Of a DNA stretch of 64,000 bases, positions 28,407 through 38,425 are shown piece after piece. Location: positions 5,722-69,721 of the forward strand of contig DATKML010000029.1 in NCBI GenBank assembly GCA_035541875.1, written 5' to 3'. Each line of letters opens with the position of its first letter. Positions within the stretch are counted from its first letter, which is position 1. The position numbers and the translations under genes were made by a program. The notes beneath the pieces were generated by a model, which did not search any database, was not told where the DNA came from, and saw only the letters and a program-made list of their open reading frames with translations. The stretch is from Candidatus Binataceae bacterium. Lineage in GTDB: Bacteria; Desulfobacterota; Binatia; Binatales; Binataceae.

Positions 28407-29998
28407 AAGCCCAGTTAGTTCCAGACGTTCTGATGGCTGCCGTTGAGCAGTATCCCGCCCGTACCGCGATCGTGATGGGCGAGCGTGTAGTTACCTATGC
28501 CGAATTCGACGCGATGGCGACGAAGGTCGCGCGATCGCTCGTCCGCTACGGGGTCAGGCCCGGTGATCGCGTGGCACTCTGGATGCCCAAATCGATCGAG
28601 GCGATCGCGGCGATATGGGGAATCATGCGTGCGGGCGCGGCTTACGTCCCGCTGGACGCGACCGCTCCGGTTGCTCGTATCGCCGGAATTATCTGCGATT
28701 GTGCGGCGAGTGGCTTGATAACCTCGGCCCGAAACCTCGCGATGCTGACGCCGATCCTCGCCGACGAGAATCCGCTGAGGGGTGTTTGGTTGCCCGAGGC
28801 GACCGCGTCGGAACTTCAGTGCGCAGCTCCGCTGATTACGGCCGATGAACTTGAAAGCGAAGACGCGCAGAGCTTTTCTGTCGCGCTCAAGCCTGGCTCC
28901 CTCGCGAATATCCAGTACACGTCGGGATCCACGGGTGCCCCAAAGGGTGTGATGGTGCCTCATCACGCGTTGCTCGAACAGATGAATTGGACGCAGAACG
29001 TGTTTCATCTGACACCTGACGATCGCCTGAGCGGTCATACGCCGCTGCACTCAGCGATGGCGAGTTTCGATATCTTCATGAGCGTGTTGGCGGGAGCGGC
29101 GCTCTATCCCGTGCCGCCGGCGCTCGCACTTTTCCCGCGTGAAGTGGCCAAGCTCTGGAGTGCAGAGAAGCTCTCCGTATGGTTTGTCGTGCCGAGCGTG
29201 CTCTCGATGATGATCGATCAGGGAGGCTTCGACGGTAACGATTTTTCCTCCCTTCGGATCGTGGGTTTCGGAGGTGAGCGCGCAACCTACGACCGTATCC
29301 GCGAGATCGCTAATCGCCTTCCCCACGTCCGTCTTTTTACCAACTACAGTTGCACCGAGGCGAAAATACGTATCCTCCGAGAGCTGCCGCGGCCATTTGA
29401 AGAGATCGATCTTCGCCGCATCGGCCCTATCTCGGGGGCTTTCGAATTATTCGTCCTTGACGACGACGATCGTCCCGTCGGACCGGGCGAAGTCGGCAAG
29501 CTCTGGATAGTCGGATCGGTCCTGATGCTTGGCTACTGGGGTCGCCCCGAGGAGACGGCGCGGGCGCTGAGGGAAGTCGAGCCGGAGCCCGGTCGCAAGG
29601 TAAAGGGTTACTGCACCGGCGATCTCGTGCGGCGGCTTGAAGATGGCGGGCTCGAACTGGTTGGCCGAGCCGATCAGCAGATCAAGATTCGCGGAAATCG
29701 CGTTGAACCGAGCGAGATCGAGGCTGCTCTCACGCGTCGTCCCGAGGTCCAGGAGGCGCTTGTGTTTCCACAGCAGGACGCGAAGCTCGGGCTGCGCGTG
29801 GTTGCTGTCGTTGTCGCTAAGGACGATGCGTCTATCGATCAAGCCATCTTGCGTCGGCACTGTGCGGAACTGCTGCCCGCCTACATGGTGCCGGCCGCCA
29901 TCTACGTCCGCTCAGCCATCCCACGATTGAGCAACGGCAAAGTGGACCGGCGTGCTGCTCTGATCGATATTGAGGACGTTCAGACCGATGCAACTTAA
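28403..29998 (+). CDS. Stand-alone adenylation-domain protein (AMP-binding, NRPS A-domain-like; amino acid/acyl-carrier ligase)
   Basis: YTSGSTGAPKGV (A3), GDLVRRLEDGGLELVGRADQQIKIRGNRVEPSEIE (A8) and NGKVDRRAL (A10) core motifs; no condensation or thioesterase domain. Confidence 0.85.
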   Translation: MKAQLVPDVLMAAVEQYPARTAIVMGERVVTYAEFDAMATKVARSLVRYGVRPGDRVALWMPKSIEAIAAIWGIMRAGAAYVPLDATAPVARIAGIICDCAASGLITSARNLAMLTPILADENPLRGVWLPEATASELQCAAPLITADELESEDAQSFSVALKPGSLANIQYTSGSTGAPKGVMVPHHALLEQMNWTQNVFHLTPDDRLSGHTPLHSAMASFDIFMSVLAGAALYPVPPALALFPREVAKLWSAEKLSVWFVVPSVLSMMIDQGGFDGNDFSSLRIVGFGGERATYDRIREIANRLPHVRLFTNYSCTEAKIRILRELPRPFEEIDLRRIGPISGAFELFVLDDDDRPVGPGEVGKLWIVGSVLMLGYWGRPEETARALREVEPEPGRKVKGYCTGDLVRRLEDGGLELVGRADQQIKIRGNRVEPSEIEAALTRRPEVQEALVFPQQDAKLGLRVVAVVVAKDDASIDQAILRRHCAELLPAYMVPAAIYVRSAIPRLSNGKVDRRAALIDIEDVQTDAT

Positions 29999-30254
29999 CG
30001 CGGTTCAAGAAGAGATACGGAACTTTCTCCTGAGCAGCGTTCCGGCTGCGGCGCAGCTTCAGGATTTATCGATAGACGATCCACTCCTGGAGCTTGGCGT
30101 GTTCGATTCGTCCGCGATGGTCGAGACGGTGGTCTTCTGCGAACAGCATTTCGATATCGAGATACCGAGCGAAGAACTCAAACCGGGATCTTTCGCTTCT
30201 ATCCGTGCGATAAGCGAGATGGTGCTGCGCGCGCTGGATCGTCTCAGCGCATAA
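29988..30254 (+). CDS. Acyl/peptidyl carrier protein
   Basis: LGVFDSSAMVETVVFCEQHFDIEIP is a carrier-protein phosphopantetheine-site-like helix II motif. The start overlaps the ligase stop by 11 nt (alternative TTG at 29970). Confidence 0.65.
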   Translation: MQLNAVQEEIRNFLLSSVPAAAQLQDLSIDDPLLELGVFDSSAMVETVVFCEQHFDIEIPSEELKPGSFASIRAISEMVLRALDRLSA

Positions 30255-31032
30255 GCCCGGCCACGAGGCGATCGACAATTCCGCTCGGAGCCGCGGTTGG
30301 AACACTCTGCGGGATCCGCTCAATCAGGGCTTCACTTATCGCCACCAGATGCTCAATGGTCGCCCAATTGGGCTGAGCGACCAGACCCGCCTCGGCGTGG
30401 AAGCCGAATGGATCGCGCCAAAAAAGTGTCGAATGAACCGCAACGCCGCTGGTGGGCCAATTTATGATGCTATCGGCCAAGGCTGGATCGACCGGCTTCT
30501 TCTGGCTTTTGTCCGGCATCGTCAAGACGCGATAAGCCTTATCGAACGCCGCGTTGCCGCTCGCAACTTCCTGCGCCTCTTCAAAAAACTTCAAGACACC
30601 GGCAGCCGTTCCGCTGAAGGCAGCTATCTTTGAAGGGCTGTGCGAAGAAAGCGCTACGTTCTTCCCACCTATCGAACCGGAAACCCGCAAGCGCGTATCG
30701 ATACTGTCGCGCAGCGCTATAGCGACGTTAGTTTCCCCGGCCAATGAGGGAAAGCGCTGATGGAGACCGACGGACCATCCTCGGTTACTCGCGCCAGAGC
30801 CTTTGGTCGTAAGGATCCACTTGATACCGCTTGCAGTTTGTCCCTCGATACGAACGTCGGTCGGACTCCCGGTCCATTGACGTTTGTGGAACGTCCATCG
30901 GCGCTGTTCAGCATGCTGCCGTATTTCGCGGACGAAGCGCCGCTGACTCCGCGTCAGGAGTCTATAGAGGCCGACAGGAAGGCCTATCACGACCAGAAAC
31001 ATCCCCCATACGAGCGGTAGTGTGTACGGCAT
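30244..31032 (-). CDS. Hypothetical N-terminally membrane-anchored protein (262 aa)
   Basis: N-terminal TM segment LPLVWGMFLVVIGLPVGLY; no recognisable domain. Confidence 0.5.
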   Translation of the reverse strand: MPYTLPLVWGMFLVVIGLPVGLYRLLTRSQRRFVREIRQHAEQRRWTFHKRQWTGSPTDVRIEGQTASGIKWILTTKGSGASNRGWSVGLHQRFPSLAGETNVAIALRDSIDTRLRVSGSIGGKNVALSSHSPSKIAAFSGTAAGVLKFFEEAQEVASGNAAFDKAYRVLTMPDKSQKKPVDPALADSIINWPTSGVAVHSTLFWRDPFGFHAEAGLVAQPNWATIEHLVAISEALIERIPQSVPTAAPSGIVDRLVAGLMR

Positions 31033-31129
31033 CGCAGATAGCCTCTCGTCGAGAAGAGGCTATCAATCGGACCGAGTTAGGTCGTCGAGGAAAAAACGAA
31101 AAGAGGGCGGAGTTATCGCGCGGAAATCG

Positions 31130-32071
31130 TTAGCGCCAATCGTCGAGTAGATAGACGCCGGGACGGTTGTAACCCGGATCATGATCGCGGTGCATCGCTA
31201 CGCCAAGGATGTCGGTGCGGAACCGACGCGCGACCATCGTGCGATAAGCTTCGTGGCGGGCCGTATTTACTCCGGCAACAAAGCGCTTGACGCCGCGACT
31301 GGCGCCGAATTGGCAGGATGCATCGAGGAGCCGCTCGAAGTTACTCGCTGCATCCACTCCCGGTCGCACTGCGGCAAACTTCGCAAAGCACACGCCGCCG
31401 CCGGCCTCGGTCCTTGCGCCAACGTGGCAGACTGCGAAGGCTACGATCTTGGAGTTGTCTGTCAGCAGGATTGTATCGCCGAGCCGTTGCTTATCGACCG
31501 ATCCAATATCGATAGCGACGTCGAGGCCCTCATAGATCTGATTCGTCAGTTCGCGGCAAGCCGCAATCATCTCTTGTTTTTGGCTCGCTGGCAGCTTGGA
31601 AAGCTCGATGTAAGTTGCCCCTTGTTGGGAAGAGCTGGTGGCCAGCGACATCACCGGAGTCAGAAAGCGGGACCAGAAGCCAAACTTCTGATAGAGAGCC
31701 GCATGCTTGGGACTGTAGCTGAAGGTGAACAGACCGGTATGGCGACACCCCCACTTCGCGAAGAGATCCATCGTTGGTTCGAGCAGTCGCTGTGCGACCT
31801 TTTGCTCCCAGAATCGAGGATCGACGGAAAGCGGACCGAAGAAACCGACGCTTCCCCAGTTAGTAGCGAAGTTTGAACCGACCAGCTTGCCATCGCCGGT
31901 CGCGACGAAAGCCGCACTAGGATCGGCTTTGAAACGCGTTCGGGCAACATCGCTATCACCGAACATGGCCATCGGATCCGGCAATCCGATAAACGTTCCG
32001 AAGGCGAGACGGAGGATACGATCGACTTCGACAAGATCCTCCGGCTGCATCGGGCGAGTGGCGATTTCCAT
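31130..32071 (-). CDS. GNAT family N-acetyltransferase with two GNAT lobes
   Basis: 313 aa; ...GKLVGSNFATNWGSVGFFGPLSVDPRFWEQKVAQRLL... (acetyl-CoA pocket-like) in the N-half, and a second GNAT-like half with RGVKRFVAGVNTARHEAYR. Confidence 0.65.
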   Translation of the reverse strand: MEIATRPMQPEDLVEVDRILRLAFGTFIGLPDPMAMFGDSDVARTRFKADPSAAFVATGDGKLVGSNFATNWGSVGFFGPLSVDPRFWEQKVAQRLLEPTMDLFAKWGCRHTGLFTFSYSPKHAALYQKFGFWSRFLTPVMSLATSSSQQGATYIELSKLPASQKQEMIAACRELTNQIYEGLDVAIDIGSVDKQRLGDTILLTDNSKIVAFAVCHVGARTEAGGGVCFAKFAAVRPGVDAASNFERLLDASCQFGASRGVKRFVAGVNTARHEAYRTMVARRFRTDILGVAMHRDHDPGYNRPGVYLLDDWR

Positions 32072-32193
32072 CGGCTATCTCGTTAGAACCTTTTCAGTAC
32101 TGCGAGCAGAGTGAGGATTACTCGAAGCTTTCGCGTAGGCGAACGGCAGCGAGCGGCGACGTAAAATCGCCGCTCGCTGCAATCAATGAATTG

Positions 32194-32622
32194 TTAGGCG
32201 GCGGGGCGGAATTTCACGAGCGTCACCTCGGGTGTGACGTCATCGAAGACTACCTCGACGCGCTGATCGATTTTTACTTGCGCCGGCGGACAATCGACGA
32301 TGTTCGTGAGTATCCTCAGGCCCTCGTCTATTTCGACCCACGCGAGGACATAGGGCAGTGCATCGCGGAAACCGGCGGCGCCGTTCTGATTCGTTACGGT
32401 GAAAGTGTAGATCTTGCCCTTGCCGCTGCACTTCACCCATTCAGTGTTGGAAGACATGCAGTTGGTGCATAGCGCGCGCGGATGGTGGCGCAGATCGCCG
32501 CAATCGCGGCACTTCTGGATGTATAGTTCGTGACGCTTGGCGGCCTCCCACCAGGGGCGGTTTTCTTCGTCGATATGAGGGAGCGGTTTCGCGTAACGCT
32601 TCTTATCTTTTTCGTCAGCCAT
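32194..32622 (-). CDS. Zn-ribbon/OB-fold protein (DUF35 family), partner of SCP2-type thiolase
   Basis: CRDCGDLRHHPRALCTNCMSSN (rubredoxin-like Zn ribbon) plus a C-terminal OB fold; sits immediately upstream of the thiolase-like gene. Confidence 0.8.
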   Translation of the reverse strand: MADEKDKKRYAKPLPHIDEENRPWWEAAKRHELYIQKCRDCGDLRHHPRALCTNCMSSNTEWVKCSGKGKIYTFTVTNQNGAAGFRDALPYVLAWVEIDEGLRILTNIVDCPPAQVKIDQRVEVVFDDVTPEVTLVKFRPAA

Positions 32623-32631
32623 GGCTGTTAC

Positions 32632-33792
32632 TCACTGGTTGCTGAGAATCAAAGTTGCGCCGGAGTGACGGGTGCCGAGTTCGCCGCCGGTGCCGTGGCA
32701 TAGGGCGATCTGGCAATCCTTGACCTGACGCGGACCACATTCGCCGCGGAGCTGCTTCACCGCCTCGATTACGAGGAACATCCCGCGCATCCCCGGATGA
32801 TTCGATGACAGTCCACCACCGTCGGTGTTGATTGGGAGTTCGCCGTCGTAGCGAAGGCGTCCGCCGGTCACGAAGGAGCCACCCTCGCCACGTTTGCAGA
32901 AGCCGAGATTTTCGAGCGTCGTCAGGACGGTGATCGTGAACGAATCGTAGATCATCGCCATGTCGATATCTTTATGAGTGACGCCGGCGCGCTCGAACGC
33001 GAGCTTGCCCGACTGATGGGCCGCGATTTCGAGGAAATCGCGCTGTCCGCGAGCCGCATGACGCGCGGTCTCGCCGGTGCCGAGAATATACGCTGGCTTT
33101 TTCTTTAGATCCTTCGCGCGTTCCGCAGAGGTGACGACCAACGCGCCACCGCCGTCGCTGATGATGCAGCAATCGAGCAGATGAAGCGGCGACGAGATGA
33201 TACGCGAGGAGAGCACGTCATCGACCGTAATCGGATCGCGGTACTTGGCGGCCGGATTCATCGACGCATGATGGCGCATCGTCACCGCGATCTCGGCCAG
33301 TTGCTCTGACGTGGTGCCATATTCATGCATGTGCCGCTGCGCGACCAACCCGTAAGCACCCACCGTGGTCGGGCCGTAAGGAAATTCGTATTGATGGCAG
33401 GGGTCACCACCACCCAGTCCACCGCCAGTGCCGATCGCGAACCGGCCCGACGCAGCGGTTGAGCCGTAAACGATCACGGCTACATCGCAGAGGCCGGCGT
33501 GAATCGCGGCTGCGGCGTGGGCAGTGTGGGCTACGAAGGACGAGCCGCCCATGTTGGTGCCGTCCAGGTAATTGGGGGTGAGGTTCAAGTAGTCGCAGAG
33601 ACCGACGATACCCATCATGCTCATCCCGATACCGGCCGAGAAGATGCCGTCGACGTCTTTGATCGTGAGACCACAATCGGCGAGCGCACCCCGGATGCTC
33701 TCGGCCATGATCTGATGCATGCTCTTGTCCGGGGCGAAACGTGTTGGATGTTCGTAAACGCCGGCGACGGCGGTTTTGCGGCTGAGACTCAT
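32632..33792 (-). CDS. Thiolase-like lipid-transfer protein (SCP2/Ltp-type, non-acetylating)
   Basis: 386 aa; thiolase fold (GIGMSMMGIVGLCDYLN...; C-terminal CHGTGGELGTRH). Canonical DUF35+Ltp pairing. Confidence 0.85.
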   Translation of the reverse strand: MSLSRKTAVAGVYEHPTRFAPDKSMHQIMAESIRGALADCGLTIKDVDGIFSAGIGMSMMGIVGLCDYLNLTPNYLDGTNMGGSSFVAHTAHAAAAIHAGLCDVAVIVYGSTAASGRFAIGTGGGLGGGDPCHQYEFPYGPTTVGAYGLVAQRHMHEYGTTSEQLAEIAVTMRHHASMNPAAKYRDPITVDDVLSSRIISSPLHLLDCCIISDGGGALVVTSAERAKDLKKKPAYILGTGETARHAARGQRDFLEIAAHQSGKLAFERAGVTHKDIDMAMIYDSFTITVLTTLENLGFCKRGEGGSFVTGGRLRYDGELPINTDGGGLSSNHPGMRGMFLVIEAVKQLRGECGPRQVKDCQIALCHGTGGELGTRHSGATLILSNQ

Positions 33793-33807
33793 GCCAGCGC
33801 TCCCTCT

Positions 33808-34635
33808 CTATTTCAGTTCGCTCAGGAATTTTTCCAGCGCCGCGTTAACAGCAGCCGGTTGTTCAGAAGTGACGTAATGCCCAGCGTCAGCAATCTTCTC
33901 GAGCCGCGATCCTTTGATCTGGCTGACGAGATGTTCCGACATCGCGGGCGGCGTAACGTCGTCGTCGGCTCCCGCGATGATCAACGTGGGCTTGTCGATA
34001 CGGCCGACCTGATCGCGCAGGTCAACGTTGTTGCAGGCGACCATATCGCCCCATCGCGTGCGCGGATCGGTACGGATCTGCTCCCCCCATCCTTCACGAA
34101 TAATCTCCTGACGTTCCGCAATCGTCTTGGGCGAGTAACCACCGTTGGTGAACGGCTGACCCGTCCGGCCCATCGTGACGTTGCGCCAGGTCTGGATCAG
34201 TTCCGGGGCGAGATTGAACTTCGCCGATGTGGCGATCAGACCTAGCGCCTGGACTTTCGCCGGATGCCGCAACGCGAGGTCCATCGCAACCGCACCACCC
34301 ATCGAACGGCCGACCACGACCGCCGACTTGATTTTGAGCGTATCCATGAAGGCAGCAACGAAGTCAGCGTAGGCCTGCACCGAGGGCAGGGCCTCAACGC
34401 CGGAGCTGCGTCCATGGCCGGGAAGATCGAGCGCGATAGGGCTGTGGGCCTTACCCAAGTGGTCATATTGATAGTGCCACGAATGGCCGTTCGAACCGGC
34501 CGCGTGGATAAAGACGATGGTGCGACCACGCGACAGATCGGGCACAACGTCGGGCAGCGTGGTTGCGCCGACGTAGTAATAGTAGGTCGCGAATCCGCTG
34601 ACCTGCGCGTACTTGGTGGGCATCTGGAAATTCAA
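33808..34635 (-). CDS. Alpha/beta hydrolase
   Basis: IVFIHAAGSNGHSW...GHGRSSG...VVVGRSMGGAVAM (GxSxG). Confidence 0.8.
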   Translation of the reverse strand: MNFQMPTKYAQVSGFATYYYYVGATTLPDVVPDLSRGRTIVFIHAAGSNGHSWHYQYDHLGKAHSPIALDLPGHGRSSGVEALPSVQAYADFVAAFMDTLKIKSAVVVGRSMGGAVAMDLALRHPAKVQALGLIATSAKFNLAPELIQTWRNVTMGRTGQPFTNGGYSPKTIAERQEIIREGWGEQIRTDPRTRWGDMVACNNVDLRDQVGRIDKPTLIIAGADDDVTPPAMSEHLVSQIKGSRLEKIADAGHYVTSEQPAAVNAALEKFLSELK

Positions 34636-34759
34636 CTCCGTAGCAAAGCTGAACGTTAGCTACGTGGTTTGCCGTCACATTGTCAAACGCAACGGGGACG
34701 ACCCGAAGCACACACTGAAAAATGGAGAATTTGAGGAGGTGGTTGAGGAGTTGAGGTGG

Positions 34760-34978
34760 TTAGGTACGCTTGCGACGACCGCGCAACGCCGGCGGCGGGA
34801 ACTTGGAAGCTTGAGCCAGTTCCCACTGCTCGATCGCGCTGCGATTGAAACGCCAGTTGCTGCCGACCCGGAAGCCAGGAAGACGGCCTTGGCGAAGGAG
34901 GCGATAGATCGTTGTGGGATGGACGCGGAGGTAGTCCGACAATTCCTTGATGGTGAAGACTTCTTCCTGTGTCGCCAT
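34760..34978 (-). CDS. Small helix-turn-helix DNA-binding protein (excisionase/MerR-superfamily type)
   Basis: FTIKELSDYLRVHPTTIYRLLRQGRLPGFRVGSNWRF. Confidence 0.7.
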   Translation of the reverse strand: MATQEEVFTIKELSDYLRVHPTTIYRLLRQGRLPGFRVGSNWRFNRSAIEQWELAQASKFPPPALRGRRKRT

Positions 34979-35405
34979 AACGCAGTCGCAGCTCCCAGAC
35001 CCTCGACTAAAAGCGGTCGCGAACCCCGCCTTTATCGACTTGGAAAGCTTATCCTCTCCGGTGGATTATGACCAGCCATAAACACGCTCAAGAGCATTTG
35101 CTTATCACAAATTTCTGCAAATCAGCGAATCTCGGCGCTACCCGCCTTAGCGGGTCTTAGGTATAGCAATGAGATGTTTAAGAGGATTTAGATTAGTAGA
35201 TTTATACCGTTATATGTCGACTAATGTTGTTTTAATTAAACATGTCGCAATTCCGCCGATCGGCATCAAAGGTACCCTTAGATAGCTTCGCGAGGAGCCT
35301 CTAAGAAAAAAAATTTCTCTTACTTTGGCCCGGTCGCTTTCTGCGATGCGAATTGGTGGCTGGATCGGCGATGTGCTATGCAACGGCAAAAAGGAGATCT
35401 CCGCG

Positions 35406-35801
35406 ATGAGCGCGACAGAAAACAAGCGATTGGTTGAGGATGCGTTCGCGAAATGGGCGCGCGGTGACGGCGGCGCATTTATGTCGATGCTGGCGGATGA
35501 CGTGCGCTGGACCGTAATCGGGAGCACGCCAGTGTCGCGTACCTATACGAGTCGGCAGGCTTTTCTCGATGGTGCGGTTGGTCCGCTAAGCAGCAAACTG
35601 ATCGGCGGAATTCAGCCGACGGTGCGCGATATCCTAGCCGACGGCGAGAAGATCGCGTTGCAGTGGGAAGGACGCGCGACCGGGAAGAACGGCACGATTT
35701 ACCATCAGACCTATTGCTGGGTGATGCGGTTCGAGAATGGCAAAGTGAAGGAAGGCACGGCCTATCTCGATACAGAACTAATCTCACAACTCTGGAAGTA
35801 A
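35406..35801 (+). CDS. SnoaL-like/NTF2-fold protein
   Basis: NKRLVEDAFAKWARGDGGAFMSMLADDVRWTVIGS... is a SnoaL polyketide-cyclase-like fold signature. Confidence 0.7.
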   Translation: MSATENKRLVEDAFAKWARGDGGAFMSMLADDVRWTVIGSTPVSRTYTSRQAFLDGAVGPLSSKLIGGIQPTVRDILADGEKIALQWEGRATGKNGTIYHQTYCWVMRFENGKVKEGTAYLDTELISQLWK

Positions 35802-35805
35802 GCCG

Positions 35806-36582
35806 ATGCGCACCAACAAACTGCGAGCGACACTGAAGTCGGGCGGTCTCGCGCTGGGGACGATTCTGTGGGAGACGCGGGCGCGTGGCGTGATGCATAC
35901 ACTGGCGCAGGCCGGGATGGATTTCGTCTTTATCTGCACCGAGCATTCCGCCTACAACCTCGAGACGGTCGTCGATATGGTCGCGTATGCACATGCGGCC
36001 GGGCTCACTCCTGTCGTGCGCGTCCCTGATCTGCAGTACGAGCACGTGACGCGTCTGCTCGACGCCGGATGTCAGAGCTTGATCGCACCGCATTTTCGCA
36101 CCGGTGAAGAGGCGCGGCGGTACGTCGAGTACGCAAAGTACCATCCCGAGGGGCGGCGTGGGATGGCGATCATGAACAACGCCGGCGTCGAATATGAGAG
36201 CGTCGATACGCGGACGGCGATGGCCCATGCGAATGCCAACACGTTGCTGGCGGTCGTAATCGAGACGCGCGAAGCGATCGAGAACGCCGAATATATCCTG
36301 ATACCGGGGATAGACGTTGTGCTGGTGGGTCATCAGGACCTTTCGCAGAGTCTCGGCGTGCCCGGTGAGTTCGGTCATCCCAAGGTGCGTGAGGCCGCCG
36401 CGCGCGTTAATGCGATCTGCAAGGAGCGCGGAATTGCCACTGCCGGGGCGATCAATCAGCCGGAGAACGCCGAAGCGGTAATCAAGAGCGGGGCGCAATT
36501 TCTGCTCTACGGCACCGATCTGCTGCTGATGCGGCGGGAGGCCGAGCGCGCAGCCAAGGCGGTCGCACCGTTTCGCAAATAA
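35806..36582 (+). CDS. HpcH/HpaI family aldolase (2-keto-3-deoxy-acid aldolase)
   Basis: LGTILWETRARGVMHTLAQAGMDFVFICTEHS...LLAVVIETREAIENAEYILIPGIDVVLVGHQDLSQSLG. Confidence 0.8.
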   Translation: MRTNKLRATLKSGGLALGTILWETRARGVMHTLAQAGMDFVFICTEHSAYNLETVVDMVAYAHAAGLTPVVRVPDLQYEHVTRLLDAGCQSLIAPHFRTGEEARRYVEYAKYHPEGRRGMAIMNNAGVEYESVDTRTAMAHANANTLLAVVIETREAIENAEYILIPGIDVVLVGHQDLSQSLGVPGEFGHPKVREAAARVNAICKERGIATAGAINQPENAEAVIKSGAQFLLYGTDLLLMRREAERAAKAVAPFRK

Positions 36583-36642
36583 ATCATCAACGCACAGAGA
36601 ACGAGCCTGCAATCCGCGGGACTCAGCAAATTGGAGAGAACA

Positions 36643-37407
36643 ATGGCAGGAATTCTGGAAGGCAAAGTTGCACTGATCACGGGTGCGGGTTCGGGTATCG
36701 GTCGCGCGACGGCGAAAATCTTCGCGCGTGAAGGCGCGAAAATCGTCCTGGCGGATATCGTTGCTGATGCGGCGCAAGAGACGCTGAACGAAGTGAAGAA
36801 GCTCGGCGCGCAGGGTATCTGTATCAAGGCTGACGTGGCCAATTGGACCGATGTCGAGGGCTTGGTCGCCAAGACGGTCGAGACTTACGGCCGCCTCGAT
36901 TGTGCTTTCAATAACGCTGGTATCGAAGGCCAACCCGCGCTGACCCACAAGTGCACCGAAGAGAATTGGAATCGCGTGATAGCGATCAATCTGACCGGCG
37001 TGTGGCATTGCATGAAGGCCGAAATAGCACAGCTTCTGAAGCAGGGCGGTGGCGGTGCGATCGTGAATACGTCGTCGGTCGCGGGTATTGCCGGATCGGT
37101 CGGTGGACCTGCCTATGTAGCTTCAAAGCACGGAGTCGCAGGGCTGACACGCGCAGCCTCGATGGAGTACGGCAAGCACAACATCCGTATCAATGCGGTA
37201 TGCCCCGGTCCGATTCGCACCCCGATGCTCGGTCGAATCATGGAGCACACGAAGGGTGGCGAGCAGGGTTTCGCACGGTCAGAGCCGCTCCGTCGTTTGG
37301 GTGAGCCGGACGAGATCGGCGAAGCGGTGGCGTGGCTCTGCTCCGAGCGCGCATCGTACGTGACCGGATTGCCGATGCCGGTCGATGGCGGCTACTTCGC
37401 GCAATAA
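36643..37407 (+). CDS. SDR family oxidoreductase
   Basis: KVALITGAGSGIGRATA (TGxxxGIG), NNAG, YVASKHGVAGLTR (YxxxK). Confidence 0.85.
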   Translation: MAGILEGKVALITGAGSGIGRATAKIFAREGAKIVLADIVADAAQETLNEVKKLGAQGICIKADVANWTDVEGLVAKTVETYGRLDCAFNNAGIEGQPALTHKCTEENWNRVIAINLTGVWHCMKAEIAQLLKQGGGGAIVNTSSVAGIAGSVGGPAYVASKHGVAGLTRAASMEYGKHNIRINAVCPGPIRTPMLGRIMEHTKGGEQGFARSEPLRRLGEPDEIGEAVAWLCSERASYVTGLPMPVDGGYFAQ

Positions 37408-37421
37408 CAAAGCGGAGAGCG

Positions 37422-38252
37422 ATGATGGCGAATTACTCGCAAGTATTGCTGGAAAAGATCGATCGCGTCGGCAAGATCACGCTTAATCGACCGCGCTATC
37501 GCAACGCGCAATCGACGGCGCTCTTGAAAGAGCTGGATAAGGCTTTCGAAGAAGCGGCCACGGACGACGAAATCAAGGTCGTGATTCTCGCCGGTGCCGG
37601 CGAGCATTTCTCGGCCGGGCACGATCTCGGCACTCCCGACGAAAAGGCCGATCCGAAGAGCTACTACAACACCAAGGGGCTCAAGAATCGCCATATCCGA
37701 TCGTGGGAGATCTTCCTCGACAACACGATGCGCTGGCGGAACTTGCCCAAACCGACGATCGCGCAGGTGCAGGGCTTCTGTATCTTCGGCGGCTACATGT
37801 TCGCTTCCGCGATGGACCTGATTATCGCGTCGGATGATGCGATGTTCCTGCCGTCGATCACCCAATATTTCTCGGCGCCCTGGGATGTCGGAGTGCGCAA
37901 AGCCAAGGAGATTCTCTTTCAGAGTCGCTTTATCGATGCGCAGGAGGCGTTGCGGACGGGTCTCGCCAACATGGTGGTGCCGCGTGCCGACCTCGAAAAA
38001 GAGACGCTGGCGCTGGCGAATCGAATCGCGGAAAGCGATGCGTTCACCCTGCGGATGCTCAAGTTCGCGATCAATAACGCTCAGGACGAGATGGGGTTCC
38101 ATACGGCGGTGCGCAACGCCCATTCGCATCATTTCCTCACGCGTGTGCAGGAGTATGCTGCGTGGGATAAAGGCGAAGGGCGTGGCGGTCCGAAGCGGAT
38201 GCCGGGCGTCGAGCAAGCCTTGCGAAGAACAACGCGCGGCACTGCCAAGTAA
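37422..38252 (+). CDS. Enoyl-CoA hydratase/isomerase (crotonase) family protein
   Basis: KITLNRPRYRNAQS...VVILAGAGEHFSAGHDLG... Confidence 0.85.
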   Translation: MMANYSQVLLEKIDRVGKITLNRPRYRNAQSTALLKELDKAFEEAATDDEIKVVILAGAGEHFSAGHDLGTPDEKADPKSYYNTKGLKNRHIRSWEIFLDNTMRWRNLPKPTIAQVQGFCIFGGYMFASAMDLIIASDDAMFLPSITQYFSAPWDVGVRKAKEILFQSRFIDAQEALRTGLANMVVPRADLEKETLALANRIAESDAFTLRMLKFAINNAQDEMGFHTAVRNAHSHHFLTRVQEYAAWDKGEGRGGPKRMPGVEQALRRTTRGTAK

Positions 38253-38425
38253 TAAGGATGACCGCGCCGGAGGCGCGGAACAGGGGGCGGCGGAGTCTGC
38301 GACGCGCGGCCAAAGATAAGAAAACGCGCTGGAGGCGCGGAAGACGGGCGCGAGAGCGCAGCGAGCGAGGAGTCGGCGACGAGTGATCGCAATAAGTGCC
38401 TGCTACGCGCGGCCAAGGTAAAGAT

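Noticed and set aside
34760-34978. Excisionase-family HTH gene as evidence of a prophage or integrative element
   Set aside because: No integrase, phage structural genes or att-like direct repeats nearby; such small HTH proteins are common stand-alone regulators.
35479-37008. 509-aa minus-strand ORF spanning four plus-strand genes
   Set aside because: It crosses the SnoaL, HpcH, SDR and crotonase genes, which have clear family motifs; an Arg/His-rich spurious frame.
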